Below are positions 1 to 7,597 of a stretch of DNA of 64,000 nucleotides, in pieces. The translations under genes and the position numbers were made by a program. The DNA is taken from positions 19,411 through 83,410 of the forward strand of contig JAURGG010000001.1 in assembly GCA_030833905.1 (NCBI GenBank), in the 5' to 3' direction. Source of the stretch: Schleiferiaceae bacterium (GTDB lineage Bacteria > Bacteroidota > Bacteroidia > Flavobacteriales > Schleiferiaceae). Position 1 is the stretch's first letter; each line of letters starts with the position of its first letter. Below the pieces are notes generated by a model that worked only from the letters and a program-made list of their open reading frames with translations, made no database searches and had not been told where the DNA came from.

Positions 1-41
1 GGCTTGGATGCTCTTGGTGGACGCGGTCGCAAAGTCGGGCC

Positions 42-650
42 TTATCCTTCGCGCCATTCGAGGGTCTCGAGGTAGCGCGTAAATTCCGCCTCAAAAAACT
101 GGTGCACGGGGGCTAAGCTGTCGGCGTTCGGATGGGCGTATACGTATAGGGCTCCGCGCACAAAATTTCGAACACTGTCGGTGGCATAAAACTGCATGGC
201 ACTGGCGGCGTTTCCGGTGATGCGAAAGAGTACACCATAGACCTTTAGGGAATCGTTCACGTACACCATTTGGTTCATGCCGTCCGCGGCCACGCTGTGC
301 TTCATCGCGAGGTCCTGTGCGTCGTCCACAAGGGCGTTCAGGTTGCCGCGCACGGGCAGGTAGGTAAACTGCACGCGGCCCTGGCAAAATGGGTACACGA
401 GGTCGCCCCAGCCGTCTTGATTTTTAGATTCCCAGCGGGCGCTGGGGTGGTGGTAGAGTTCAAAATCGAGCCCGGTGAGGCGCTGCGGCTTGTTTTCGCT
501 CGGAACCGCAATTCTCGGGTAGCCCTTTGGCTTGGGGATCGAAGCGGAACTTGGCCAAAACAGCACCGCAGCCACTGCGGCGGCCCCGGCAATTCCAGCG
601 GTCAATATGATTCGACTAATCTTCACGGCGCGAAACCTTAACGCGTACAA
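42..650 (-). CDS. gldD: gliding motility protein GldD
   Basis: 202-aa ORF with an N-terminal hydrophobic anchor followed by PKPKGYPRI, as I recall for GldD. It lies directly downstream of and overlaps gldE, as at the Flavobacterium johnsoniae gldD/gldE locus. The start at 650 is TTG; GTG at 626 is an alternative. Confidence 0.75.
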   Translation of the reverse strand: MYALRFRAVKISRIILTAGIAGAAAVAAVLFWPSSASIPKPKGYPRIAVPSENKPQRLTGLDFELYHHPSARWESKNQDGWGDLVYPFCQGRVQFTYLPVRGNLNALVDDAQDLAMKHSVAADGMNQMVYVNDSLKVYGVLFRITGNAASAMQFYATDSVRNFVRGALYVYAHPNADSLAPVHQFFEAEFTRYLETLEWREG

Positions 651-1917
651 TTCTGCGGCGGTCGCAGGCCTCTACGGTCCACGCGAGCGGACCCAATTCC
701 CGCTGTTCTCCTTTGTGCGGCATGCGCCCGAGTTGCTCAAGGATGAGTCCGGCCAAGGTATCTGCTTCGCCACGGTCGCGGTCGAGCGCGTCGGGCTCGA
801 GGTTCATGGTTCGAAGAACGTCGTTCAATGGAGTCCGCGCCTCAAAAACGAAGGTCTTCTCGTCGAGTTGGGTGTGGCTCTGCTCCTCGGTGTCAAACTC
901 GTCGTTGATTTCACCTACGATTTCTTCCATGACGTCTTCGAGGGTAACCACCCCAGAAACTCCGCCAAACTCATCTACGACCACGGCCAAGTGCATTTTT
1001 TTTGCTTGAAAGTCCCCAAGCAAATCATCGATCTTCATGTTTTCAGAGACGAACATAGCTGGGCGTATCAATTGCTGCCACGACGCCCCGTCTGCTGAAC
1101 CCAAGAGAGGTAGCAAATCCTTCGAGTGCAGCACTCCAATAATTCGGTCGCGTTGGCCCTGAAATACCGGAATCCGCGAATACCCGCTCTCCGTGACGAC
1201 CTTCAAGACCTCGGCCAACGAAGATTCTGACGAGACGTCAATCAAATCTTGTCGCGGCGTGCAAATTTGACGAATGCTCGTCGACCCGAACCGTACGATT
1301 TCGCGGAGCCATTTCTTTTGCTCAGTGTTGGTTGCGCCCGAATCAGTTAGCTCAAGCGCTTCTTCGAGCTGCGCCACTGTGACATTATTTGACGAGGTCC
1401 CTCCGCGGCTTAGCGCTCGAGACGTTACCATTAAACTATGGGCCAATGGGCGAGAAACGGCCATGCCGGCTTTAATCACTGAGGCCATGCGCTGGCTTAC
1501 CGCGACGCGCTTTTGGTTGGCCACGGACTTTGGGATCACTTCGCCTACGATGAGAAGAACGACCGTAGCTACGCCCGTTTCCCAAAAAGCTCGTACCCAT
1601 GAGGTTCCGCCTTCAGTCAGTGTTTGTCCAATCCAAAGTCCCCAAACCAAGACAAAACCTAGATTAAACAAGTTGTTCCAGATCAACAAGGTAGCTAGAA
1701 GTGACTCGGGATGCCTGCAAAGTTCCAGAACCTTGTGACCCTCGCGTTGGCGCTCAAGCTCGTCTTTCTCTCCGGGTGTGAGACCAAAAAACGCGACCTC
1801 AGAGGCAGACGCTACGGCCGACCCTGCCAACAAAATGCCAAGAATTGCAAACGTGAATGTTGTAGTACTTACGTCCACCGCAAGAAACCACAAACTAGGG
1901 AGGGGGTCAGCGTCCAA
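616..1917 (-). CDS. gldE: gliding motility-associated protein GldE (DUF21 membrane domain, CBS pair, CorC/HlyC C-terminal domain)
   Basis: 433-aa ORF with N-terminal TM helices, a CBS-pair region and a CorC_HlyC-type tail. The mutY-ssb-gldE-gldD synteny is typical of Flavobacteriia. TTG start. Confidence 0.85.
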   Translation of the reverse strand: MDADPLPSLWFLAVDVSTTTFTFAILGILLAGSAVASASEVAFFGLTPGEKDELERQREGHKVLELCRHPESLLATLLIWNNLFNLGFVLVWGLWIGQTLTEGGTSWVRAFWETGVATVVLLIVGEVIPKSVANQKRVAVSQRMASVIKAGMAVSRPLAHSLMVTSRALSRGGTSSNNVTVAQLEEALELTDSGATNTEQKKWLREIVRFGSTSIRQICTPRQDLIDVSSESSLAEVLKVVTESGYSRIPVFQGQRDRIIGVLHSKDLLPLLGSADGASWQQLIRPAMFVSENMKIDDLLGDFQAKKMHLAVVVDEFGGVSGVVTLEDVMEEIVGEINDEFDTEEQSHTQLDEKTFVFEARTPLNDVLRTMNLEPDALDRDRGEADTLAGLILEQLGRMPHKGEQRELGPLAWTVEACDRRRIVRVKVSRRED

Positions 1918-1946
1918 AATAGGGGATTAAGTTCACCAAAAAGAGC

Positions 1947-2435
1947 TTAGAATTGGTCGTCGCCCTCGTAGTCGTCCTCATCGTTCGTGAACGATGAATT
2001 CGCTTGGTTGCTGCGGTATCCGGTTCCGCCACTATTGCTCCTTCCGTAACTAGAGCCTCCCTTGCTGGCCGTGTGTTCTTCTTCGCGACCTTTCATTGGA
2101 TTGGGGCCGAGCATCGTCATAGAGTCTGCAGAAATCTCAATATTGTAGCGGGTCTGGTTGTGCTCGTCGGTCCATTGGCGCGAACGAATCTTGCCCTCAA
2201 TAAATACCTTGTCACCCTTGTGCAAAAAGCGTTCACACACCTCGGCCAAACGTGGACTGCGGACCACGATGGTGTGCCATTCGGTATTTTCTTTGCGGTT
2301 GCCCTCTCGGTCAGTGAAGTTTTCGGTGGTCGCGATGGGGAATTTTACGAGCATTCCTCCGTTCTCAAATCGGCGCGCTTCGGGGTCTTTACCTAGGTTG
2401 CCAATGAGTATTACTTTATTTAAGGTACCTGCCAT
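1947..2435 (-). CDS. ssb: single-stranded DNA-binding protein
   Basis: From the ATG at 2435 the product reads MAGTLNKVILIGNLGKDPE..., a canonical SSB OB-fold N-terminus, with a G/S/N-rich tail ending DDYEGDDQF (acidic tip). The 38 extra residues in the tracked ORF run into mutY and are rejected. Confidence 0.95.
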   Translation of the reverse strand: MAGTLNKVILIGNLGKDPEARRFENGGMLVKFPIATTENFTDREGNRKENTEWHTIVVRSPRLAEVCERFLHKGDKVFIEGKIRSRQWTDEHNQTRYNIEISADSMTMLGPNPMKGREEEHTASKGGSSYGRSNSGGTGYRSNQANSSFTNDEDDYEGDDQF

Positions 2436-2467
2436 GTGTATGTGATGTACAGTTGTTAACGATGAGG

Positions 2468-3454
2468 TCAAATGTAAGGGAAATTGGTCAACCAATGTAC
2501 AAAGGCCTGCGGCATTCCGCGGGCGCTCCACTCCTCGTAGGTCAACCAAATTTCGGGCTCGGAACTTCCCGCGAATTCCGAATAAAAGTGCAGCTTTAAC
2601 CGCCTGTGGCTAAGGCGGTGCTCTAGTATTTGGGGCGTGAATTCGGGCGGAACCGTCGCAAGCTCCGGTAGGGTATACAGCCCGGACCAAATTCCGCCCA
2701 AAGGCCGCTGGATAAGGCCAAATAAATGGCCCCGCCTCGGAACCGCAAAGTGCATGTCCTGGTTCACCACCTTGAGCTTGCGCGATTTTACGGGCAGAAG
2801 CTCAGCGGTACCTGCTCTTCGTGCAGCACATGAATCGTGAAGTGGGCATTCGCTGCACTTGGGCTTTTTGGGCGTGCAGATCGCCTGAGCTAAGTCCATC
2901 ACGGCTTGATTAAAATCCCCTGGGCGTTTAGGGTGAAGGTGACCAAGTGCAAATGAATAAATGAAGGCCTTGCTTTGACTAGACTCAATGGGCTCGCTCC
3001 AGTCGGCGACACGGCTGTATACGCGGTATGCGTTTCCGTCCAATGCTGGAACCACTTCTCCGTCTACAATTGAGGCAAGCGCAGCTGCAGTGTACGGACC
3101 GATTCCCGGAACTCCGAGCCACGCTTTATAGCCTTTGGGCCAGCCGTCGGTCACGATCTGCTTGGCTCCGCGGTGCAGTAAGTCCGCTCGCCGGTAGTAC
3201 CCAAGGCCGCTCCACAGTCCTTTAATATGGGACTCCGGGGCAGAGGCAAGGTGCTGCACAGTGGGCAGTTCGCGTAGAAAGCGTTCCCAATACTTAAGTC
3301 CTTGGTCTACACGAGTTTGCTGTAAAATCACCTCGCTGAGCCAAATGGCATACGGATTGCGGAGGTTTCGCCACGGCAGGTGCCGGCCCGACTGGTCGTA
3401 CCACCGCATGATATTTTCGGCAATTGCGGGGATTTCTGTTGGTGAGTGCTTCAA
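2468..3454 (-). CDS. mutY: A/G-specific adenine DNA glycosylase
   Basis: 328 aa with WYDQSGRHLPWR, an HhH-GPD region, a C-x6-C-x2-C-x5-C iron-sulfur cluster loop (CTPKKPKCSECPLHDSC) and a NUDIX-like C-terminus. TTG start at 3454. Confidence 0.9.
   Translation of the reverse strand: MKHSPTEIPAIAENIMRWYDQSGRHLPWRNLRNPYAIWLSEVILQQTRVDQGLKYWERFLRELPTVQHLASAPESHIKGLWSGLGYYRRADLLHRGAKQIVTDGWPKGYKAWLGVPGIGPYTAAALASIVDGEVVPALDGNAYRVYSRVADWSEPIESSQSKAFIYSFALGHLHPKRPGDFNQAVMDLAQAICTPKKPKCSECPLHDSCAARRAGTAELLPVKSRKLKVVNQDMHFAVPRRGHLFGLIQRPLGGIWSGLYTLPELATVPPEFTPQILEHRLSHRRLKLHFYSEFAGSSEPEIWLTYEEWSARGMPQAFVHWLTNFPYI
2469..2476 (-). promoter_or_regulatory. -7 box TACATTTG (TAnnTTTG) 33 nt upstream of the ssb ATG
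   Basis: The reverse complement of caaatgta matches the Bacteroidota -7 consensus exactly. It lies in the last codons of mutY. Confidence 0.5.
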
Positions 3455-3469
3455 TTCGGACTATCTTTG
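3439..3469 (+). promoter_or_regulatory. promoter TTG-N20-TATCTTTG for the HU gene
   Basis: TTG at 3439-3441 and TATCTTTG at 3462-3469 fit the Bacteroidota -33/-7 architecture. It sits 58 nt upstream of the ATG at 3528. Confidence 0.6.
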
Positions 3470-3527
3470 CGCCCGCTAAAATAGCCCGATATAGGGCTCA
3501 TTATTAAACGTTTTATCTCGTCAAATC

Positions 3528-3818
3528 ATGACCAAAGCAGACATCGTAGCCCGCATCGCCGACCGCACAGGTATGGAAAAAGCAGACATCCTCGCAGTAG
3601 TAGAGGGCTTTATGCGTGAAGTAAAAAGCGGAATGGAATCCGGCGACAACGTCTACCTCCGCGGTTTTGGAAGCTTTGTGCTTAAAAAGCGCGCTCAGAA
3701 GACTGGTCGCAATATTTCAAAGAACACCACATTGGTGATTCCCGCGCACTTTATTCCTTCGTTCAAGCCTGCTAAGACCTTCGCAGAGTCGGTCAAAAAG
3801 AACGTAGCCGTTAAGTAA
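3528..3818 (+). CDS. HU family DNA-binding protein
   Basis: 96 aa: MTKADIVARIADRTGMEKADILAVVEGF...YLRGFGSF..KKRAQKTGRNISKNT...IPAHFIPSFKP, the typical HU/IHF fold signature. Confidence 0.9.
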   Translation: MTKADIVARIADRTGMEKADILAVVEGFMREVKSGMESGDNVYLRGFGSFVLKKRAQKTGRNISKNTTLVIPAHFIPSFKPAKTFAESVKKNVAVK

Positions 3819-3847
3819 TTACGGCGAACCTTCAGTTCTCTTATTCA

Positions 3848-4363
3848 ATGCGCACCTTGTGGATAGCAGTTAGTGTCCTTGTCCTTGCGGCAGGGCTTTT
3901 CTTGCTGTTGCCCACTTCGCCAGATTCGAACGCTGACGCACCCGCTGAGGTGGCGTCAAGTCCGTTGGACGAAAAGGTACGCGAGGCGGTACGCCTCATT
4001 CAAGAGGGCACGGGCAATCCCATGGAGGCAATCACCCTACTTCGTGAGGTGGTTGAAGAGGACCCCAAACACCGAGATGGTTTATTCTACCTCGGTGAAT
4101 TCTCGCGCATGTCTGGCCAGCTAGACCGCGCGTTGGAACGCTACCAAACCCTGCTAGAGTACTACCCGAGCGATGTAGAAGTCGCCACCCGGTACGCTGA
4201 AACGCTCCATGACCTAGGTCGTGGACCTGAAGCGCGTACCTTCATAGAATCGTACACCGCAGAGCACAGCCAATCCGACGTCAGCGGACTAACGCAGCTA
4301 CGCGAACTCTGGAACGAGGGGGATGCTGAGGCACCCGCCGGATCCACTTCATTAACTCATTAA
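3848..4363 (+). CDS. membrane-anchored tetratricopeptide-repeat protein
   Basis: 171 aa with an N-terminal TM helix followed by TPR-like helical repeats (DPKHRDGLFYLGEF..., LERYQTLLEYYPSD...). GC3-rich codons. Confidence 0.6.
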   Translation: MRTLWIAVSVLVLAAGLFLLLPTSPDSNADAPAEVASSPLDEKVREAVRLIQEGTGNPMEAITLLREVVEEDPKHRDGLFYLGEFSRMSGQLDRALERYQTLLEYYPSDVEVATRYAETLHDLGRGPEARTFIESYTAEHSQSDVSGLTQLRELWNEGDAEAPAGSTSLTH

Positions 4364-4374
4364 ACGATTTAGCT

Positions 4375-4464
4375 ATGCCAAGCGGTAAGAAACGCAAGCG
4401 CCACAAGATGGCCACTCACAAACGTAAAAAGCGCCTTCGTAAGAATCGCCACAAAAAGAAATAA
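4375..4464 (+). CDS. 29-aa ultra-basic peptide, bS22-like ribosomal protein candidate
   Basis: Too short for the ORF track. ATG at 4375 and TAA at 4462-4464 give MPSGKKRKRHKMATHKRKKRLRKNRHKKK. It lies 11 nt after the TPR gene stop and 9 nt before the rng ATG. The pattern resembles mycobacterial bS22 ([20 protein letters not shown]). Confidence 0.6.
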   Translation: MPSGKKRKRHKMATHKRKKRLRKNRHKKK

Positions 4465-4473
4465 GGGCTAAAC

Positions 4474-6024
4474 ATGCGTACCGAGCTGATTATTCAAGCC
4501 AGCGAATCGGACGCTATCATCGCCTTACTTCAAGACGGTCGTTTGACCGAACTCGTCTCTGAAAACGAGCAACAGCAGTTTTCAGTAGGAGACGTGTACC
4601 TCGGGGTTGTGCGCAAGCTTGCGCCTTCCCTTAATGCGGCTTTTGTCGATGTAGGGTATGAGAAGGATTCCTTCCTACACTACCACGACCTCGGTCCCCA
4701 GATTCCGACCTGGCAGAACTACCTTAAAAAAGTTCGCCAGAGTAAGTACACTTCAGATTTATCTGAGGTCGAAATTCTTCCCGAAATCGAGAAGGACGGA
4801 GCCATGGAGGCCTTGATTAAGCCGGGCGATGAGGTGCTGGTTCAAATCACGAAGGAACCTATTTCGACCAAAGGTCCAAGGGTTACTTCTGATATTTCTA
4901 TTGCGGGTCGATTTATCGTACTCGTGCCGTTCAACGGTCGTATTTCGGTCTCTCAAAAGATCCGTGACCGCAAGGAACGCGAACGCCTGCGCAAACTTGT
5001 GCAGAGCATACTCCCCAAGGGCTTTGGCGTCATTGTGCGCACCGTTGCCGAGGGAGTTACGCATGAAGACATTGAGGCCGACCTCAATGATTTGGTGAGC
5101 CGTTGGAAGACACTGTACCGCAACGTTCGGGGCGCAAAGCCCAAGAAGTGCGTGCTGCGCGAAATGGATCGGGCCTCGGCCTACCTGCGCGATGTGTTCA
5201 ACGACAGCTTTGACCAGATCGTGGTAGACCACGAAGCGCTTTACGACGACATCAAGGGCTATGTGGAAGCGATTGCTCCCGAGCGCGCGAACATTGTAAA
5301 GCTGCACACCTCTGCAATTCCGGTATTCCAGCACTACGGTGTGGATCGCCAATTGAAGAGCGCATTCGGTCGCACCGTGAATATGGGCAAGGGCACCTAC
5401 TTGGTGGTCGAGCACACTGAAGCTATGCACGTCATCGACGTCAACTCGGGCAACCGTTCGGGTAAAGGCGAGAGCCAAGAGGATCATGCCCTTGCGGTAA
5501 ACCTCATGGCTGCTGAAGAGATTGCGCGCCAGCTTCGGCTGCGTGACATGGGCGGAATCATTTGTGTCGACTTCATTGATATGGCCAAGGGCGAACACCG
5601 CCGTGAGCTGTTTGAAAAAATGAAGGACCTAATGGCTTCAGACCGAGCACGCCACAAGATTCTACCGCCGTCTAAATTTGGCCTCGTGGAGATCACGCGT
5701 CAGCGCGTTCGCCCGGCCCAAGCGATTGAAACGAAAGAAGAGAATCCAGACGCGTTGATTGACGCGCCAATCACCTTGATTGACGCGCTCCAGCACAAGT
5801 TTGAGCAACTGACCGCAAGCCGTAAGCAGAAAGGAAAGTCGGAACCGATTTACCTCCACGTGCATCCGTTCTTGGCGTCCTACCTCAAGCAAGGTTGGTT
5901 TTGGCAGACACTCGAGTTTAAGTGGTCGCGCCTCGCGGGTCAAAAACTTAAGGTTGTGTCGCGAGATGCCTTCAAAATGCTAGAGTACCGCTTTGCGGAC
6001 GCCGAGGGTAAAAAAATCGGTTAA
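4474..6024 (+). CDS. rng: Rne/Rng family ribonuclease (RNase G-like)
   Basis: 516 aa with an S1 domain (VGDVYLGVVRKLAPSLNAAFVDVG) and the RNase E/G catalytic core (VIDVNSG, ICVDFIDM). Confidence 0.9.
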   Translation: MRTELIIQASESDAIIALLQDGRLTELVSENEQQQFSVGDVYLGVVRKLAPSLNAAFVDVGYEKDSFLHYHDLGPQIPTWQNYLKKVRQSKYTSDLSEVEILPEIEKDGAMEALIKPGDEVLVQITKEPISTKGPRVTSDISIAGRFIVLVPFNGRISVSQKIRDRKERERLRKLVQSILPKGFGVIVRTVAEGVTHEDIEADLNDLVSRWKTLYRNVRGAKPKKCVLREMDRASAYLRDVFNDSFDQIVVDHEALYDDIKGYVEAIAPERANIVKLHTSAIPVFQHYGVDRQLKSAFGRTVNMGKGTYLVVEHTEAMHVIDVNSGNRSGKGESQEDHALAVNLMAAEEIARQLRLRDMGGIICVDFIDMAKGEHRRELFEKMKDLMASDRARHKILPPSKFGLVEITRQRVRPAQAIETKEENPDALIDAPITLIDALQHKFEQLTASRKQKGKSEPIYLHVHPFLASYLKQGWFWQTLEFKWSRLAGQKLKVVSRDAFKMLEYRFADAEGKKIG

Positions 6025-6045
6025 TTCAAGCGTGAATAAACGTGT

Positions 6046-6075
6046 AAGGCGGCCAGCAATGGCCGCCTTTTTTGT
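6046..6075 (+). terminator. rho-independent terminator after rng
   Basis: AAGGCGGCCA-GCAA-TGGCCGCCTT perfect 10-bp stem followed by TTTTT. Confidence 0.8.
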
Positions 6076-6086
6076 TTCTTCGCAGT

Positions 6087-6530
6087 ATGTCATTTACCCG
6101 ATCTAAAACCTACACGCTAGAGGCGGCCAAAGTAGCAATTGAGCGCTACTGTGCTTTTCAGGAGCGCTGCCAGAGCGAGGTCGAAGAGCGGCTACGCTCG
6201 ATGGGGGTTCTGCCTGAAGCCCTGCCTGAACTCGTTGCCGACCTGATGGCCAACGGCTTCTTAAACGAAGAGCGCTTTGCGCGGGCCTTCGCTCGGGGCA
6301 AGTTCCGCATCAAGGGCTGGGGACCCCGCAAGATTGCCCAAGGGCTTCAGGCCAAGCGGGTTTCGAGTGCATGCATCAACTTAGGACTAAGTGAGCTCAG
6401 TGCTGAAGAGGTTCACGAATACCTTTTGCGCCAGCGCGAAAAGTACCCTGACGATCACGAGTTTTTGGCTTGGGCGTACCGAAGGGGCTTTGACCGGTCA
6501 AGTGCAGTACAGGCTCTCCAGGAGCACTAA
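6087..6530 (+). CDS. recX: regulatory protein RecX
   Basis: From the ATG at 6087: MSFTRSKTYTLEAAKVAIERYCAFQERCQSEV... with the repeated three-helix RecX pattern. The tracked TTG at 6072 lies inside the terminator T-run, so ATG is preferred. Confidence 0.85.
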   Translation: MSFTRSKTYTLEAAKVAIERYCAFQERCQSEVEERLRSMGVLPEALPELVADLMANGFLNEERFARAFARGKFRIKGWGPRKIAQGLQAKRVSSACINLGLSELSAEEVHEYLLRQREKYPDDHEFLAWAYRRGFDRSSAVQALQEH

Positions 6531-7561
6531 ATCGCCCAAGATGCCAGTCCGTCCCTGAGGCGCTGAACTTCTGCGTCGCCCACATCGTAGTGCAGCACAG
6601 CCCTTAGCCAGTGGCGGTCCATTGCGATGAGTTGGACGCCCACTGCGCTCAGGTGGGCGAGCAGGTCGCTACCATTGAGTCCGTCCAGCAGGCGAAAGAG
6701 CACCATGTTGGTGGCCGCGGGTTTGATTTCAGCTACGAAGGGCAGCTGGGCCATGTAGGTGGCCAGTGAGGCGGCACGGGCGTGGTCTTCGGCCAGGCGC
6801 TCTACGTGGTGATCCAATGCGTAGAGCCCTGCGGCGGCGAGGTATCCGGCTTGGCGCATTCCGCCCCCAAAGCGCTTGCGAATTCGGCGGCCTTCGCGAA
6901 TGAAGTCCAACGAGCCCAATAGCACAGATCCTACAGGGGCACCAAGGCCCTTTGAAAGGCAGATTGAAATGGAATCGAAGAGGCGCCCGTAGTCCTCGGG
7001 CTGCTCGCGGTCGGCGACGAGGGCGTTGAACAGGCGGGCTCCGTCTAGGTGGTAACCGAGGTGGTGCTGCCGCGCAAAAGCACCCAGTTCACGAAGAGAC
7101 TGGATTCCAAGGGTGGTTCCGCCGCCCTTGTTCGACGTGTTTTCGGCCACCACCAAGCGGGTAGGGGCCGCGTGCACGTTGTCCATGGGCTGAAGCAGGG
7201 CTTCGGCATCAGCTGCTGTAAGGCGTCCGTAGTTGTCGCCGCCTACGCGGACCTGTACCCCGCTGTTGAAGGCGAGTCCGCCGCCCTCGTAGTTGTACAC
7301 GTGAGCCAGCTTGCTGCAAATCAGTTCGTCCCCGGGGCGGGTGTGCACGTTCACGGCGATTTGGTTGGTCATGGTTCCGGACGGGCAAAACAGTCCGGCT
7401 TCCATGCCAAAGCGTTCAGCAAGCACGGATTCAAGGCGCTGTACCGTGGGATCGTCGCCCAGCACATCGTCGCCGACGGGCGCCGTAGCCATCGCGCGGA
7501 GCATGCTCTCAGTGGGGCGCGTTACGGTATCAGAGCGAAAATCAGCAGTCAAAGGTTTCAT
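6527..7561 (-). CDS. ltaE: low-specificity L-threonine aldolase (PLP-dependent)
   Basis: 344 aa from the ATG at 7561: MKPLTADFRSDTVTRPTESMLRAM...GDDVLGDDPTV..., the Beta_elim_lyase/threonine aldolase signature. The upstream 400 aa of the tracked 745-aa ORF are antisense to prfB and are rejected. Confidence 0.85.
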   Translation of the reverse strand: MKPLTADFRSDTVTRPTESMLRAMATAPVGDDVLGDDPTVQRLESVLAERFGMEAGLFCPSGTMTNQIAVNVHTRPGDELICSKLAHVYNYEGGGLAFNSGVQVRVGGDNYGRLTAADAEALLQPMDNVHAAPTRLVVAENTSNKGGGTTLGIQSLRELGAFARQHHLGYHLDGARLFNALVADREQPEDYGRLFDSISICLSKGLGAPVGSVLLGSLDFIREGRRIRKRFGGGMRQAGYLAAAGLYALDHHVERLAEDHARAASLATYMAQLPFVAEIKPAATNMVLFRLLDGLNGSDLLAHLSAVGVQLIAMDRHWLRAVLHYDVGDAEVQRLRDGLASWAI

Positions 7562-7566
7562 AGGTT

Positions 7567-7574
7567 CGAAGGTA
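7567..7574 (-). promoter_or_regulatory. imperfect -7 box TACCTTCG, 5 nt upstream of the ltaE ATG
   Basis: One mismatch to TAnnTTTG. The same TACCTTCG-N5-ATG arrangement recurs at 8729-8746 before the 1074-aa gene. Confidence 0.35.
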
Positions 7575-7584
7575 GGGGGTGGCG

Positions 7585-7592
7585 TACTTTTG
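7585..7592 (+). promoter_or_regulatory. -7 box TACTTTTG, 5 nt upstream of the prfB ATG
   Basis: Exact TAnnTTTG match, with spacer CAGCC before the ATG at 7598. Confidence 0.55.
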
Positions 7593-7597
7593 CAGCC

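Noticed and set aside
4759-5598. 279-aa minus-strand ORF inside rng
   Set aside because: It lies antisense to a well-supported RNase G gene. No motifs; a GC3 artefact.
7049-7597. N-terminal 183 aa of the tracked 554-aa plus-strand ORF
   Set aside because: It lies antisense to ltaE. RF2 homology begins exactly at the ATG at 7598.
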